Made by a program: the position numbers and the translations under genes. Of a stretch of DNA of 64,000 nt, positions 23,885 to 36,822 are shown piece by piece (position 1 is the stretch's first letter; each line of letters begins with the position of its first letter). The notes under the pieces were generated by a model. The model was given only the letters and a program-made list of their open reading frames with translations, did no database searches and had not been told where the DNA came from. This DNA is from Eledone cirrhosa (lineage: Eukaryota). The DNA is taken from positions 66,216,001 through 66,280,000 of the forward strand of contig OZ024744.1 of NCBI GenBank assembly GCA_964016885.1. The letters run 5' to 3'.

Positions 23885-26215
23885 TCATCATCATCACCAT
23901 CATCATCGTTTAACGTCCATATTCCACACTTGCATGGGTTTGGACGGGAGTTTTCCCACTTGAGGCAAGAGTGGTTGTCTTGCTCGCATAGGACTGTCTG
24001 GCGGGTTTTCTATGGCTGGATGCCCTTCCTAACACCAACCACGTTTACAGTGTGGAACTGGGAGGTTTTTACCATGTTACCTACACGGCCACATTACAGC
24101 GTGGACTGTGTGTTTTTTTGTCGTGACACCTACACGACCTCATTTGTTTCGGCCTGGATGTTGTGGTACCAACATAACTTTACATTGAAAGGGGTGGTGT
24201 GGATGGGGTGGGGGTAGTGGGACGGAGGGAGGGTGTATTTTGTTAGGGGTGCCTACTGACTGTAGGTTTTGCTTTGTACTTAGGCAAGGTGGCTCTTCTG
24301 TATGACTGTAGCGCCAAAGATCTCGGTCCAGTGACATTGTCTTGGAGAGGTGTAAGTGTGTGAGGTCGGAATTTATCAAGTCGTCCCAGGTTTTTCTGGG
24401 TCTGCCTACTCCGTGGCTACCGTCTATTTTTATTGCCCTGCCCTTTTTTATACAGCTGTCGTCTTTCATGCACATCACGTGACCATACCAACGTAGCCTT
24501 CTCTCGAGTAAACAACATCTGATCCCTCTTATTTCTAATTTTTTCCTTAGTTCGTTTATGCTTTGCCGTTCACGTATATTACTATTACACATCCAGCGGA
24601 GCATGCAAGCTTCATTCCGCTCTAGTCTGCGTATATCCTCTGCACACAATGCCCAGGTCTCACTGCCATGCAACATTGCTGTTCGTATGCAGGCATCATA
24701 CAGCCTGCCTTTCATTTTTAGGGAGAATCCTTTAGCGGCTAATAGTGGTATAAGCTCTCTGAACTTTTTCCATCCAGTTCTGACTCTAGCTACTGTACTT
24801 TCAGAGCACCCTCCCCTACTGCTGATTTTGTCACCCAGGTAACGGAAGGTGTCCACTATTTCTATAGAACCATCTGTGCAATTGAAAGAGCTAGTATTTT
24901 GTGGGCACTTGCTGCTACTTATTGCACCAGAGCACCGGCCACATATAAAATCTATGTTCTTAGTTAGCTTACCTGTGATCCCACTACATCTTTTATGCAC
25001 CCATACTTTGCATTTGGGACATAAAATGGAGTTTCTAGCGACTCCTTTCCTACACACTGAGCATGGTCATTTCCCGGATGGGACCAGCGCCCTATTTTCT
25101 TTCCTACATACTAGAACTTTAGTCTTAGACAGGTTAATTTTAAGGCCTTTTGATTCTAGGCCATGCTTCCATGTTTGGAATTTCTTCTCTAGTTCGGCCA
25201 TTGATTCAGCTATGAGCGTTAGATCATCTGCGTATACGAGTTCCCATTGTCAGCCGGTCTTGAACTCCACTGTTATAGCCTGAAGGGCAATAATAAATAG
25301 TAGGGGGCTAATAACGGAGCCCTGATGAACACCAACTTTTACGCTAAACTCTTCACTATATTCGTTGTTAATTCTAACCTTGCTGACTGTTTCTTTATAC
25401 ATGGCTTCTATAGCTCTCACAAGACATTCATCAACACCTAGTTTTCTAAGAGCCCACCAGATAATGGAACGGGGGACTCTGTCGAAGGCTTTCTCCAAGT
25501 CGACAAAAGCTAAGTATAGGGGTTTACTTTTAGCTAGGTACTTCTCCTGTAGTTGTTGTACAATGAAAAGAGCGTCTGTGGTACTTTTGCCTGACACAAA
25601 CCCGAATTGCATTTCATCTAGATCAATTCTCTCTCTGATTAGTTGCACTATTACTTTTTCTGTGACCTTCATGACCTGGTCGATTAATTTAATGCCTCTA
25701 TAGTTACTCCTATCTAGGGCATCTCCTTTACCCTTGTAGCAGTTAATGATGATGCTGCTACGCCAGTCCTTCGGAACAATCCCATTCTGTATGACTTGGT
25801 TTACTATTCGGGTGACCATGGTGTGTCCTACTGTTCCAGAGGCTTTCAGCATTTCAGCAACTATTTCCGAAGGCCCAGCCGCCTTACCCGTCTTCATATC
25901 TTTGATTGCCTTACTTATTATACTACCTTCAACTAACACTGCTGGTCCCTCTATTGGGTCGATGTGGGGGAGACTGACTTTCTTCCATTTATTCTCCTCA
26001 TTTAGTAGCCTTTCGTAGTGACACTTCCAAGCTACCTTCTTATCAGCATCAGTGATGGCAAGTACACCATCATCATTAAGTACACACTTCTCCCCGACAA
26101 TATCACGGTTTTCCTTGACACATTGCCTAGCAATCCTGAACACCTCACGTTTTTGGTCCTCACGTTGTAGAACATGCTTGAACTTTCTTTCCTCCGCTTC
26201 CCTTCTTGCAAAGTA
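23885..26215 (-). mobile_element. 5'-truncated RTE-clade LINE (RT plus embedded PHD finger)
   Basis: NYRGIKL, QFGF, FVDLEKAFDRV, GVHQGSVISPLLF, YADD, YLG, MLHGSETW, RRLRWYGHV, GRPRKTW; premature stops; (GAT)n tail at about 23885. Confidence 0.95.
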
Positions 26216-26283
<68 letters not shown>

Positions 26284-26571
26284 TATATATAATATATGTA
26301 TATATATTCTTTTGTTTAACCAGTTTAGCTTGCTTCGTTTTTTTGGCTCCGGTGGCTAATAGCTTCATGACCGCCGTTTTCAGTTTGTTTGGCCTCTATA
26401 ATCTATGTTAATTGCTCTGGTCTTCTGTTAGTTCATAGAGCGCCTGCTGCATATCTCGAAAATTGCGTTTCACTTTGTTTTTGACCACAGCCAAAGTACG
26501 ATCTCGCTTAAATTTATATTTGCATATATATATATATATAGAAGTGGTTACACAACAGTTAGTTCACCATA

Positions 26572-26611
26572 CCGGGGACAATTGTTTCACCGTAGCGGAT
26601 CCTCAGCTCGG
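26572..26611 (-). ncRNA. Minimal type I hammerhead in pLTR
   Basis: CCGAG-CTGAGGA-T-CCG-CTA-CGG-T-GAAA-CAATTG-TC-CCCGG; palindromic ACAATTGT; GUC triplet. Confidence 0.85.
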
Positions 26612-27801
26612 GATGGGCATGGTTATAGGAACAGGAAGGACAACCATACGAACGCGCATGCGCAAAAACCCGGTCACTTCACACAGGCAATACTAGACTG
26701 CGTGCGAGAGGTGTAAGGGAGATAACTGCGAAAGTCCAAAAAGTTTTTAGGTTGAAAAAAATTACAAAGAATCAGTCCGGAGCATTGTAGTTATGCAATA
26801 GGTGTTTGGCGACGTGTGGACAACGTGTGAAAAATTCATTTCTCATGTTTTGGCAATCACTATTGCGTAATCTCTTTAGAATAGCTATTCGTTCGTCAAT
26901 ACATAAGCCACACGTCGGATTTCCCCTTGCGTATGGCTTGGATTTAGTGATAGCTTTCCATTGAATGGAGTAGTCTATACTTGAGTCCTTGGGGCACCAT
27001 ACATGGCTCGTGAGTTTGGATGAATGTATGTCCGGGTACCTGAAGGTAGACTGGTGGTTCAGGGAACGTTCCTTAAATCGGCTCTTCGCTATGCCCACAT
27101 AGGATTTGACCTCCTGTGGTTCGTTTGGTCGGTTGGAAGTGACCACAGCTTCATAAATTACAGCTGGTGTGTTGCATTGCTGTTGAAACGGGCAAGCTTA
27201 AGGCTTACGGCAAGAGCACCCTGGTGGGGTGTTGCTCCTAGGGCTGCTGGTGATGTGGGCCTTCATGCTCTTAGCGCAGGAGTATCCTAGTTTAACTTTG
27301 TGTGGTTAAAGATGGTGCGGTATTTATGACCTATGGGAAAGTGTCTATCTAAGAGGGCAAGAAATGTTTTTCCTACATTGGTTTTAATGTTGCGTGAGAA
27401 GGGAGAAGAGAACCAGATAGTTTGTCTATTGTTGCGCTTACTTTTCTTAATGGTGTTGTTGCTAGTGGGAGAGTAAGTGATAGGTTGTGAGAAGCCGCTG
27501 TTAGCCAATGCTGTGTTATAGTAGGGTGCCGCCCTGTCAAGATTACGCAATAGTGATTGCCTAAACACGAGAAATGAATTTTTTCACACGTGGTCCACAC
27601 GTCGCCAAACACCTATTGCATAACTACAAGGCTCCGGACTGATTCTTTGTAATTTTTTTAAACCTAAAAACTTTTCGGACTTTCGCAGTTATCCCCTTAC
27701 ACCTCTCGCACGCAATCTAGTATTGCCTGTGTGAAGTGCCCGGATTTCTGCGCATGCGTGTTCGTACGGTTGTCCTTCCTGTTCCTATAAACATGCCCAT
27801 T

Positions 27802-27841
27802 CCGAGCTGAGGATCCGCTAAGGTGAAACAATTGTTCTCGG
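27802..27841 (+). ncRNA. Minimal type I hammerhead in inverted pLTR
   Basis: CCGAG-CTGAGGA-TCCGCTAAGGT-GAAA-CAATTG-TT-CTCGG; stem I extends with CCAT/ATGG. Confidence 0.85.
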
Positions 27842-27935
27842 TATGGTGAACTAACTGTTGTGTAACCACTTCTACCTAACTCGTCCCATGGACTGAGTGC
27901 TCTACCACTACGGATATTACCTTCCAGAGTTCCAC

Positions 27936-27990
<55 letters not shown>

Positions 27991-28515
27991 AGTATTTAAT
28001 TAATTTTTCTAAGTAGAAAGGTCTCACATAGACAGAGCTATTAAGCTTAAACTTCTACTTTTCCACTTAGAAAATAAAATCTACAATCCACCCACCAGTA
28101 TTGAGTGTTCATTTTGCCAAAGTTTGAATGTTGAACATACTATGGTATACTGGAGATTGTCTGACCACTTCCTCTTCACACCGGTCACGTACTTGGACCC
28201 TATATAGTGAAGCTCCTCCGCAAGATTGGAACTTTAGCATTCCGTCTAAGGAAGGAGCCCAGCGAAGTGGTGTGGTTGTTGCAGTGGGAGTTGCTGAACA
28301 TTGTCTGCAGGAATGTTTTTGTGGTCTTATCTATGGAGCACAGCCCTTCTGCCCCCATGCTCTAGGCCCAAAGCCCAGTGACCTTTCCCTTTCTTTTGTG
28401 ACACAAGAGTTCTTCACGTTTTTTTCTTTCTTTTTCTCTTTTGTTTCCTTTTCTTTTTTTATTATTGTTGTTATTATTGTTATTATTATTTTTATTATTA
28501 CAGTCAATAAAAGTT

Positions 28516-28578
<63 letters not shown>

Positions 28579-29430
28579 CTCAGAGGGGAACTTTCTAGGT
28601 TCAAATTCCATGGTCATTCATGATCGAAGGGATTCTTTACCCTTTACCTTCTAACACACACATACATGTAAAGTAAGAAAGGAGTGAGAACTAGACTGAG
28701 AGAGAGAGAGTAAGCGAGAGAGGCAGAGATAGAGAAAGGAAGAGAGAAGACAATAGATACACAATGTTGTAAATACTATGTATTTAAACACCTATGCTTA
28801 TACACTAGTGTGTGTATATATATATATAAATATGTGTATATATATATATAAATATATACTAACACACAAATAGATACATGCAAAGTTAGAAAGGAGAGAT
28901 AAATAGACAGATAGATAATTTGAATTTTATATATATGTATATATATATATACACACACATATATACATATATATATACACACACATACATATATATATAT
29001 ATATAAATAAATATATATATATATATATATATATATGCAAAAGTTCTATTTAAATTGTTTAAATTTTATATATATATATATATATAAAATAAATATATAT
29101 AATATCATCATCATCATCATCATCATTTTACGTCCGCTTTTCCCTGCTTGCAAGGGTGGGACAGGAACTGATTCTGGCTTGATTTTTACAGCTGGATGCC
29201 CTTCCTAACACCAACCTCATTTACAGTGAGTGCTGGGTGCTTTTTTACCGTGGCACCTCCACGACCACTTTGCAGTGGAATGATAGGGAGCCCAGTCTCT
29301 CTCATCTCATTTCTACAGCTGAGTAAACTGGAGCAATGTGAAATAAAGTGTCTTGCTCAAGGAAACAACACGTCACCCGGTCTGAGAATTGATGTGTTGT
29401 TTCCTTGAGCAAGACATATATAAATATATA

Positions 29431-29480
<50 letters not shown>

Positions 29481-29569
29481 TATATATTATATATCAGTTC
29501 CCGTCCCACCCTTGCAAGCAGGGAAAAGCGGACGTAAAATGATGATGATGATGATGATGATGATAATAA

Positions 29570-29660
<91 letters not shown>

Positions 29661-29726
29661 GAGAATAAGAGAGAAGTCAATAGATACATAATGTTGTACA
29701 TACTATGGCATTTTAAACACCTTTAC

Positions 29727-29768
<42 letters not shown>

Positions 29769-29789
29769 GTATATATATGAATATAAATA

Positions 29790-29872
<83 letters not shown>

Positions 29873-30205
29873 ATAGATAAAGAGAGAGTGAGTGAAAGAG
29901 AGAGTGAAAGTAAGAGCGACGGCGGGGACGAAGGCGGCGGCGGGGGGGGGGGGGGGGGGGGGGGCAGAGATGGGGAGAGGGAGAGAGAAGTGAATAGATA
30001 CATAAATATATGGAATCTGCATCCCAATTCCTCCTTCTTAACACTATACTTTTATAAGACCATTAACACATCCTCTATTTCTCTCTAAACAGGATGACTC
30101 ATTGCAAATTAAGCACAGTGATTTAAGATATGATTGGATAAATGGCACTATGATGATGTATTTAAACAGGCAGATTTATTTATTTTGTGTGTGGTGTAAC
30201 AGTGA

Positions 30206-30245
<40 letters not shown>

Positions 30246-30290
30246 TTGTGTTAGCGTATATATATATAGATGTGTGTCAGTATGTGTATA

Positions 30291-30322
<32 letters not shown>

Positions 30323-30335
30323 CACATATATATAT

Positions 30336-30388
<53 letters not shown>

Positions 30389-30466
30389 TATATATATATA
30401 TGTATAGACGTAAAATGATGCTGATGATGATGATGATGATTTATATAAATATACACACAAATATGC

Positions 30467-30497
<31 letters not shown>

Positions 30498-30905
30498 CAC
30501 ATACATACATACATACATGCATGCATGCATACATACTCATATATATACATATGCATACACACTTAAAAACACACACACACATATATATATATATAAATAT
30601 ATATAAATGTATATATATATATATATATCTTCATTTAATGGTCCTTAAATAATGATGATGTTACACACGTATACACATACACACAAACACACACATATTT
30701 ATGTTTATATACATAGAAATAATTAGACTTTGGTCTACATAGACCCATCCAACACTTGCTACCGGGCGGGGGGGGGGGGAGAAGCGAACATTAAAACTAT
30801 AATGATGTTGATGATATATATATATAATGAAGGAGGTGTGGTAAGGAACCAGATGGACTATAACGCACCAGAGTACTCAATACCTAGGGTAGTAGAGTGG
30901 GTAAT

Positions 30906-31020
30906 AGGAAAAAGTTTAACCCCGACGGCAGAGCTCAAGCCGTTTTAACTCGACGGCTATTTCTGGACTGAAATAGCTGTCGAAACAGCTTGAGCTCTGC
31001 CGTTGGGGTTAAACTTTTTC

Positions 31021-31022
<2 letters not shown>
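30906..31022. repeat. GC-rich hairpin with arms of about 55 bp
   Basis: AGGAAAAAGTTTAACCCCGACGGCAGAGCTCAAGC..CTATTTC-TGGACT-GAAATAG..GCTTGAGCTCTGCCGTTGGGGTTAAACTTTTTCCT. Confidence 0.9.
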
Positions 31023-31056
<34 letters not shown>

Positions 31057-31577
31057 TCACCATATGATGGTATATATATATATCAACATATATAAATATA
31101 CAAACAATTGAATGTATATGAATTTTTTTAAAACATATGTTAGCTTGAAGTTAACTGTTTCCATGCACATATTAACTGTTTCCATGTACATATAAATCTC
31201 TGTACAAGTAAAAAAAAAAAGTGGCCGGCATTGCTTATGGGACACAAAAGCACATCTGCAATAAACTGAGTGGTTGTGGTACCAGTTCTATATGTATATA
31301 ATAAATTAAGTGTGAATAACTAATTTAGACTTATAATATATATATATATACAATATATATATATATCATTATCATCATCATCATCATCATCGTTTAACGT
31401 CCATCTTCCACATTTGCATGGGTTTGGACGGGAGTTTTCCCACTTGAGGCAAGAGTGGTTGTCTTGCTCGCATAGGACTGTCTGGCGGGTTTTCTACGGC
31501 TGGATGCCCTTCCTAACACCAACCACATTTACAGTGTGGACTGGGAGGTTTTTACCGTGTTACCTACATGGCCACAT

Positions 31578-31609
<32 letters not shown>

Positions 31610-31639
31610 AAATATGTGTGTGTATATATATATATATAT

Positions 31640-33172
31640 CATCATCATCATCAACATCATCATCATCATTTTACATCCGCTTTTCCCTGCTTGCAAGGAT
31701 GGGACGGGTCTTATTCAGCACAGCATCTCTCTGCTTGTCACGGTCCTTCGTCATGTCCACGTGAGCTTCAGCAATCTGAGGTCTGTTCTCACCACCTCCG
31801 TCCATGTTTTTCGTGGTCTACCTCTACCACGTCTTCCTTCAACTGGCATTTCCTGGCACTCCTTCAGCCATCAGTCATCCTCCATGCGCATCACATGCCC
31901 ATACCACCGCAGTCTCCTCTCTCGCACACTACATTCCATCCCTCTCAGACACAGTTTCTCTCTCAACACATCCATGCTGGGTCGTTCATGTACATTGACA
32001 TTGCCCATCCAACGCAGCATGCTTGCCTCATTTCCCTCCAACCGTCGCATGTCCTCTGCAGTTGCTGCCCATGTCTCACTACCATGCAGCATCGCACTCC
32101 TCACACAGGCATCATACAACCGGCCTTTCGTATGCAGGGAGAAACCCTTCTTCATCAGCAGAGGAAGCAGCTCCCTAAGCTTCTTCCAACCCGTCCTTAT
32201 TTTAGATAGTTTGGCCTCAGAACCCCCCCCCCCATGCAATCTGATCTCCTAGGTACCGGAAGCTATCCACCACTTCTATAGCACCCTCTCGCATTTGAAA
32301 AATGTGTCTATCAATGCGACTTCTACTGTCTAATTTCCCTGTTCATCTACTGCATATATATTTCTCCCTACCTGTTAGTTTGCCTGCTATCCCCTACATC
32401 TCTTGTGTACCCAGGATCTGCATTGTGTGCATTTTATAGAATTTATGCCAGTTCCTTTTCTGCATATCGAACATGGAAATTTCCCTGACGGAATCAGAGT
32501 TTTGTCCTCTTTTCTACTCATCAGCCCTTCTGTCTTAGCTAGGTTCACTCTCAGTCCTTTTGCTTCCAACTGCCGTTTCCATAGCCACAATTTATTCTCT
32601 AGCTCCTCTACTGATTCTGCTATAAGAACCAGATCGTCAGCATAGAGAAGTTCCCACGGACAGCCAGTCTTAAACACCTCTGTTATGGCTTGGAGGACTA
32701 TAATGAACAAGAGCGGGCTGAGGACCGAACCTTGATGTACTCCTACTTGTATCTGGAATTTCCTCACTAAACTCCATTCCTATTCTCACTTTACTGACAG
32801 CACCTCTGTACAAAGTTTGCACTGTCGTCACAAGCCATTCTTCAACACCTATTTTCCTTAGGGGCCACCAGATGACAGATCAGGGTACACTATCAAAGGC
32901 CTTCTCTAGGTCAACAAAAGCTAAGTATAATGGCTTATTCTTCTCTAAAAACCTCTCTTGTAATTGTCTCACCAAGAAGAGGGCATCTGTTGTACTTTTC
33001 CCACGCACAAAACCAAACTGCATCTCATCTAGTTTGACTCTTTCTCTAATTAGTTGTGCTAATATCCTTTCGGCCACTTTCATAACCTGATCTATCAGTT
33101 TTATACCCCTATAATTGCTCCTCTCCAGAGCATCCCCTTTAACTTTGGGGCAATTTATGAGAATACTGCTGC
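31640..33172 (-). mobile_element. RTE LINE fragment (subfamily 2)
   Basis: FVDLEKAFD, QGSVLSPLLF, LLYADDL, CSIC..CTQC..HKRC, MLHGSETW; frameshifted. Confidence 0.93.
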
Positions 33173-33658
33173 ACATATGTATATATAAATAAATCATCAT
33201 CATCATCATTTTATGTCCACTTTTCCCTGCTTGCAAGGGTTGAATGTGTCCTATTCAACACAGCATCTCTCCACTTGTCGGTGAGTTTCAGCGATCTGTG
33301 GTCTACTCCCACCACCTCCGCCCATATTGTTCGTGGTCTACCTCTATTGCGTCTTCCTTCTACTGGGATTTCTTGGCATTTCTTTATAGCAATAATAAAT
33401 GTGAAGACTAAAATCCGAAGAAAGCTCGATAAGGATTATATATATATATAAACCCGTAGAGCAAATCTGTTCTTATATATATATATACACACGCACACAC
33501 ATATATATATATACACACACATACATATGTTATATATATATATAAATATGTATATATGTATATATATGTATGTAAAAGGTAAACTGAAATAACAACATAA
33601 TCAGCACATCTTATGGAAGGAATATATTAGGTTATCGCTTGAAATAGCAGGAAGAGTG

Positions 33659-33694
33659 TCTTAACGTTTCGGATGCTAGTCCTTCATCAGAAGA
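33659..33694 (-). ncRNA. Ultra-minimal hammerhead (ACGU stem III family)
   Basis: TCTT-CTGATGA-A-GGA-CTAGCA-TCC-GAAA-CG-TT-AAGA, within a short non-coding repeat at about 33572-33735. Confidence 0.75.
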
Positions 33695-34334
33695 AAGAAT
33701 GAGAAATTAGATAGATTGAAGAGATGGGTGGGTTCATTCACGTTGCCAACCCTGTGATAAACAGGCAAAACTCCAGAGTAAGAAGTCTCACTATCGAACC
33801 TTAACAAAATGAGTATTAAAACTCTACTTCAGTATTGAGTACTTTTTTCTCAGCTGACAACTACACACACACACACACACATATATATATAGGAAAAGAG
33901 TCAGGACCCCAACAGCTGAGCTCCGGCCGTTTTGACAGCTGTGTATATATATATGGAGGCACATGGCTTAGTGGTTAGAGCATTGCGCTTCCAATCGAAA
34001 GGTTGTGAGTCCAATTCTCAGACCGGGTGATGTGTTGTTTCCTTGAGCAAGACACTTTATTTCACATTGCTCCAGTTTACTCAGCTGTAGAAATGAAATG
34101 ATAGGACTGGGGTCCCTATCATTCCACTGCAAAGTGGTCGTGGAGGTGCCACAGCAAAAAAGCACCCAGCACTCACTGTAAAGTGGACGTGTAGGCGCCA
34201 TGGAAAAAAAGCATCCAGCACTCACTGTAAATGAGGTTTGTGTTAGGAAGGGCATCCAGCTGTAGAAATAAAGTTAGAATCAGTTCCCGTCCCACTCTTG
34301 CAAGCAGGGAGAAGTGGACGTAAAATGATGATGA

Positions 34335-34455
<121 letters not shown>

Positions 34456-34536
34456 ATATATATATATAATATATATATATATATAATATATATAAATATA
34501 TAATATATATAATATATATATATATATAATATATAT

Positions 34537-34671
<135 letters not shown>

Positions 34672-34780
34672 ATTTTTAATGTGATGAAATACCAATGATC
34701 GTTGGCAAATTACTGATGAGGGACTCATTTTATAACATGTAAATCCATGTGCAACCATGCAGTATTCTTCTCCCCATATT

Positions 34781-34873
<93 letters not shown>

Positions 34874-36573
34874 TTTAATTTCCGGTTGATTCTATTTATT
34901 TTATTCTATACTTTGTAATACTACTGTGCATTATATTTACTGTCTGGCACTTACTCACTCATCCATGTACATGTCTGTCTACCAACCTTGTAATTATAAG
35001 TAATTATATATTATATTGTATTTATTTTATTTTATATAATATATTATATTATATTGTATATTTTATTGTAATATTGATCCTTATTACTTACCGTTAATTA
35101 TATGTAACATTATGATATGTTAAACCTTATATATCTTGTAAGATGTTTGTACTTCTGTATCATCAACATTTTTTTGAGGTATTGTACATTTTATTTTTCC
35201 TCACCTACTCTGTAACCCAGTATGAATTGACTTGTTAACTTGAGTACATTTAGAATGTTAGTATATTGTATATTGTAAATATTATTATTATATTATTATT
35301 GTGATATCTATATTGTTTGTGTAAATTAACCGGAGATTATCTATTCTATTATATAGGAAAAAATTAGAGATAAGAGGGATCAGATGTTGTTTACTCGAGA
35401 GAAGGCTACGTTGGTATGGACACGTGATGCGCATGAAAGTCGATAGCTGTATAACAAAGTGCAGGGCAATAAAGATAGACGGTAGCCACGGAATAGGCAG
35501 ACCTAGAAAAACCTGGGACGAGCTGATAAACTCCGACCTCACACACTTACACCTCTCCAAGACAATGTCACTGGACCGAGACCTTTGGCGGTACTCAGTA
35601 ACAGAGAAGACCCGCCTTGCCAGTAGGCATCTCTAACAAAATACACCCCGTCCCACCACCACCACCCCCACCCCATCCACACCACCCCGTCCTATGTAAA
35701 GTTATGTTGGTGCCGCGCCATCCGGGCCGAAACAAATGAGATCGTGTAGGTGTCACGACAAAAAAACACACAGTCCACGCTGTAATGTGGCCGTGTAGGC
35801 AACACGGTAAAAACCTCCCAGACCCACACTGTAAATGTGGTTGGTGTTAGGAAGGGCATCCAACTGTAGAAAACCTGCCAGACAGTCCTATGCGAGCAAG
35901 ACAATCACTCTTGCCTCAAGTGGGACTACCCCCGTCCAAACCCATGCAAGCGTGGAACACGGACGTTAAACGTTGATGATGATGATGATGATGATGTATT
36001 ATATAGTATATAATTGTATTATTTATTATTATATGTGCTACTTATAATTATATCATATTATTACCTATGTACTACTTATAATTATATCATATTATTACCT
36101 CATGTATATTGGGTAGATGTATTAGTATTATTATTATTATTATTTTCATTCCTATCATGCTTATTTTTATATTCAAATTCTTAACAAGGTTTAATTTGTG
36201 CAGTTGAGGATGGATGTGTGTATTGTTGTATGTGTATATGTGTGTGTACGTGTGCGCACATATATACATGTGCATATTGTATCTTTTGATTTTTATTGTG
36301 ATTTTTATTGTAATTTTAATGTTGGTAAAGGTATATTATAGTATATTATATTGTATTATATATAATTCCTGCTCTATATAACCACCTTTGTTTAGCTCTA
36401 GTTTTTGCTTTGGACTATATTTGTAATATGGTTCTTAGTGTTATATACATCCTTAGTAATTTTTATCATATATTTTTATTATATATTTTTGTAATACTTC
36501 AGTGTATGTACACTCCATATTCTTCGGAGCTTCCAGCTTGTATCTGCCGATATTACTTCTTGTTGTTTTAATT

Positions 36574-36611
36574 GCCCTGATGAGTCCTTAATAGGACGAA
36601 ACATTGTCGGC
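36574..36611 (+). ncRNA. Canonical-core minimal type I hammerhead
   Basis: GCC-CTGATGA-GTCC-TTAATA-GGAC-GAAA-CATTG-TC-GGC, followed by AATAAA at 36613-36618. Confidence 0.92.
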
Positions 36612-36758
36612 TAATAAAGACTTTTGATGTATTGAAGGCTTCTTTGTTTTGCTCTCTTAATTTTTCGGCTCTGTTTAACTACATTGAGCTATACCTTTTA
36701 CTGTCATTTCTATAATACGAAGAGGGTGTTTAACTCTAACACACTCCAGTATTTTAAC

Positions 36759-36822
<64 letters not shown>

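Larger units (their letters stand above)
26539..27938 (-). mobile_element. Truncated Penelope-like (Naiad-type) element with inverted pLTRs
   Basis: GIY-YIG region CSC..CPF..C..VIYEA..YVG..FKER..NH..LTSHVW..CGLC.DE..RNEFFTRCPH. Inverted repeats of about 310 bp at 26539-26850 and 27563-27874. Confidence 0.92.

Noticed and set aside
34710-34770. CTGATGAGGGA possible hammerhead
   Set aside because: No GAAA, stem III or stem I partner.
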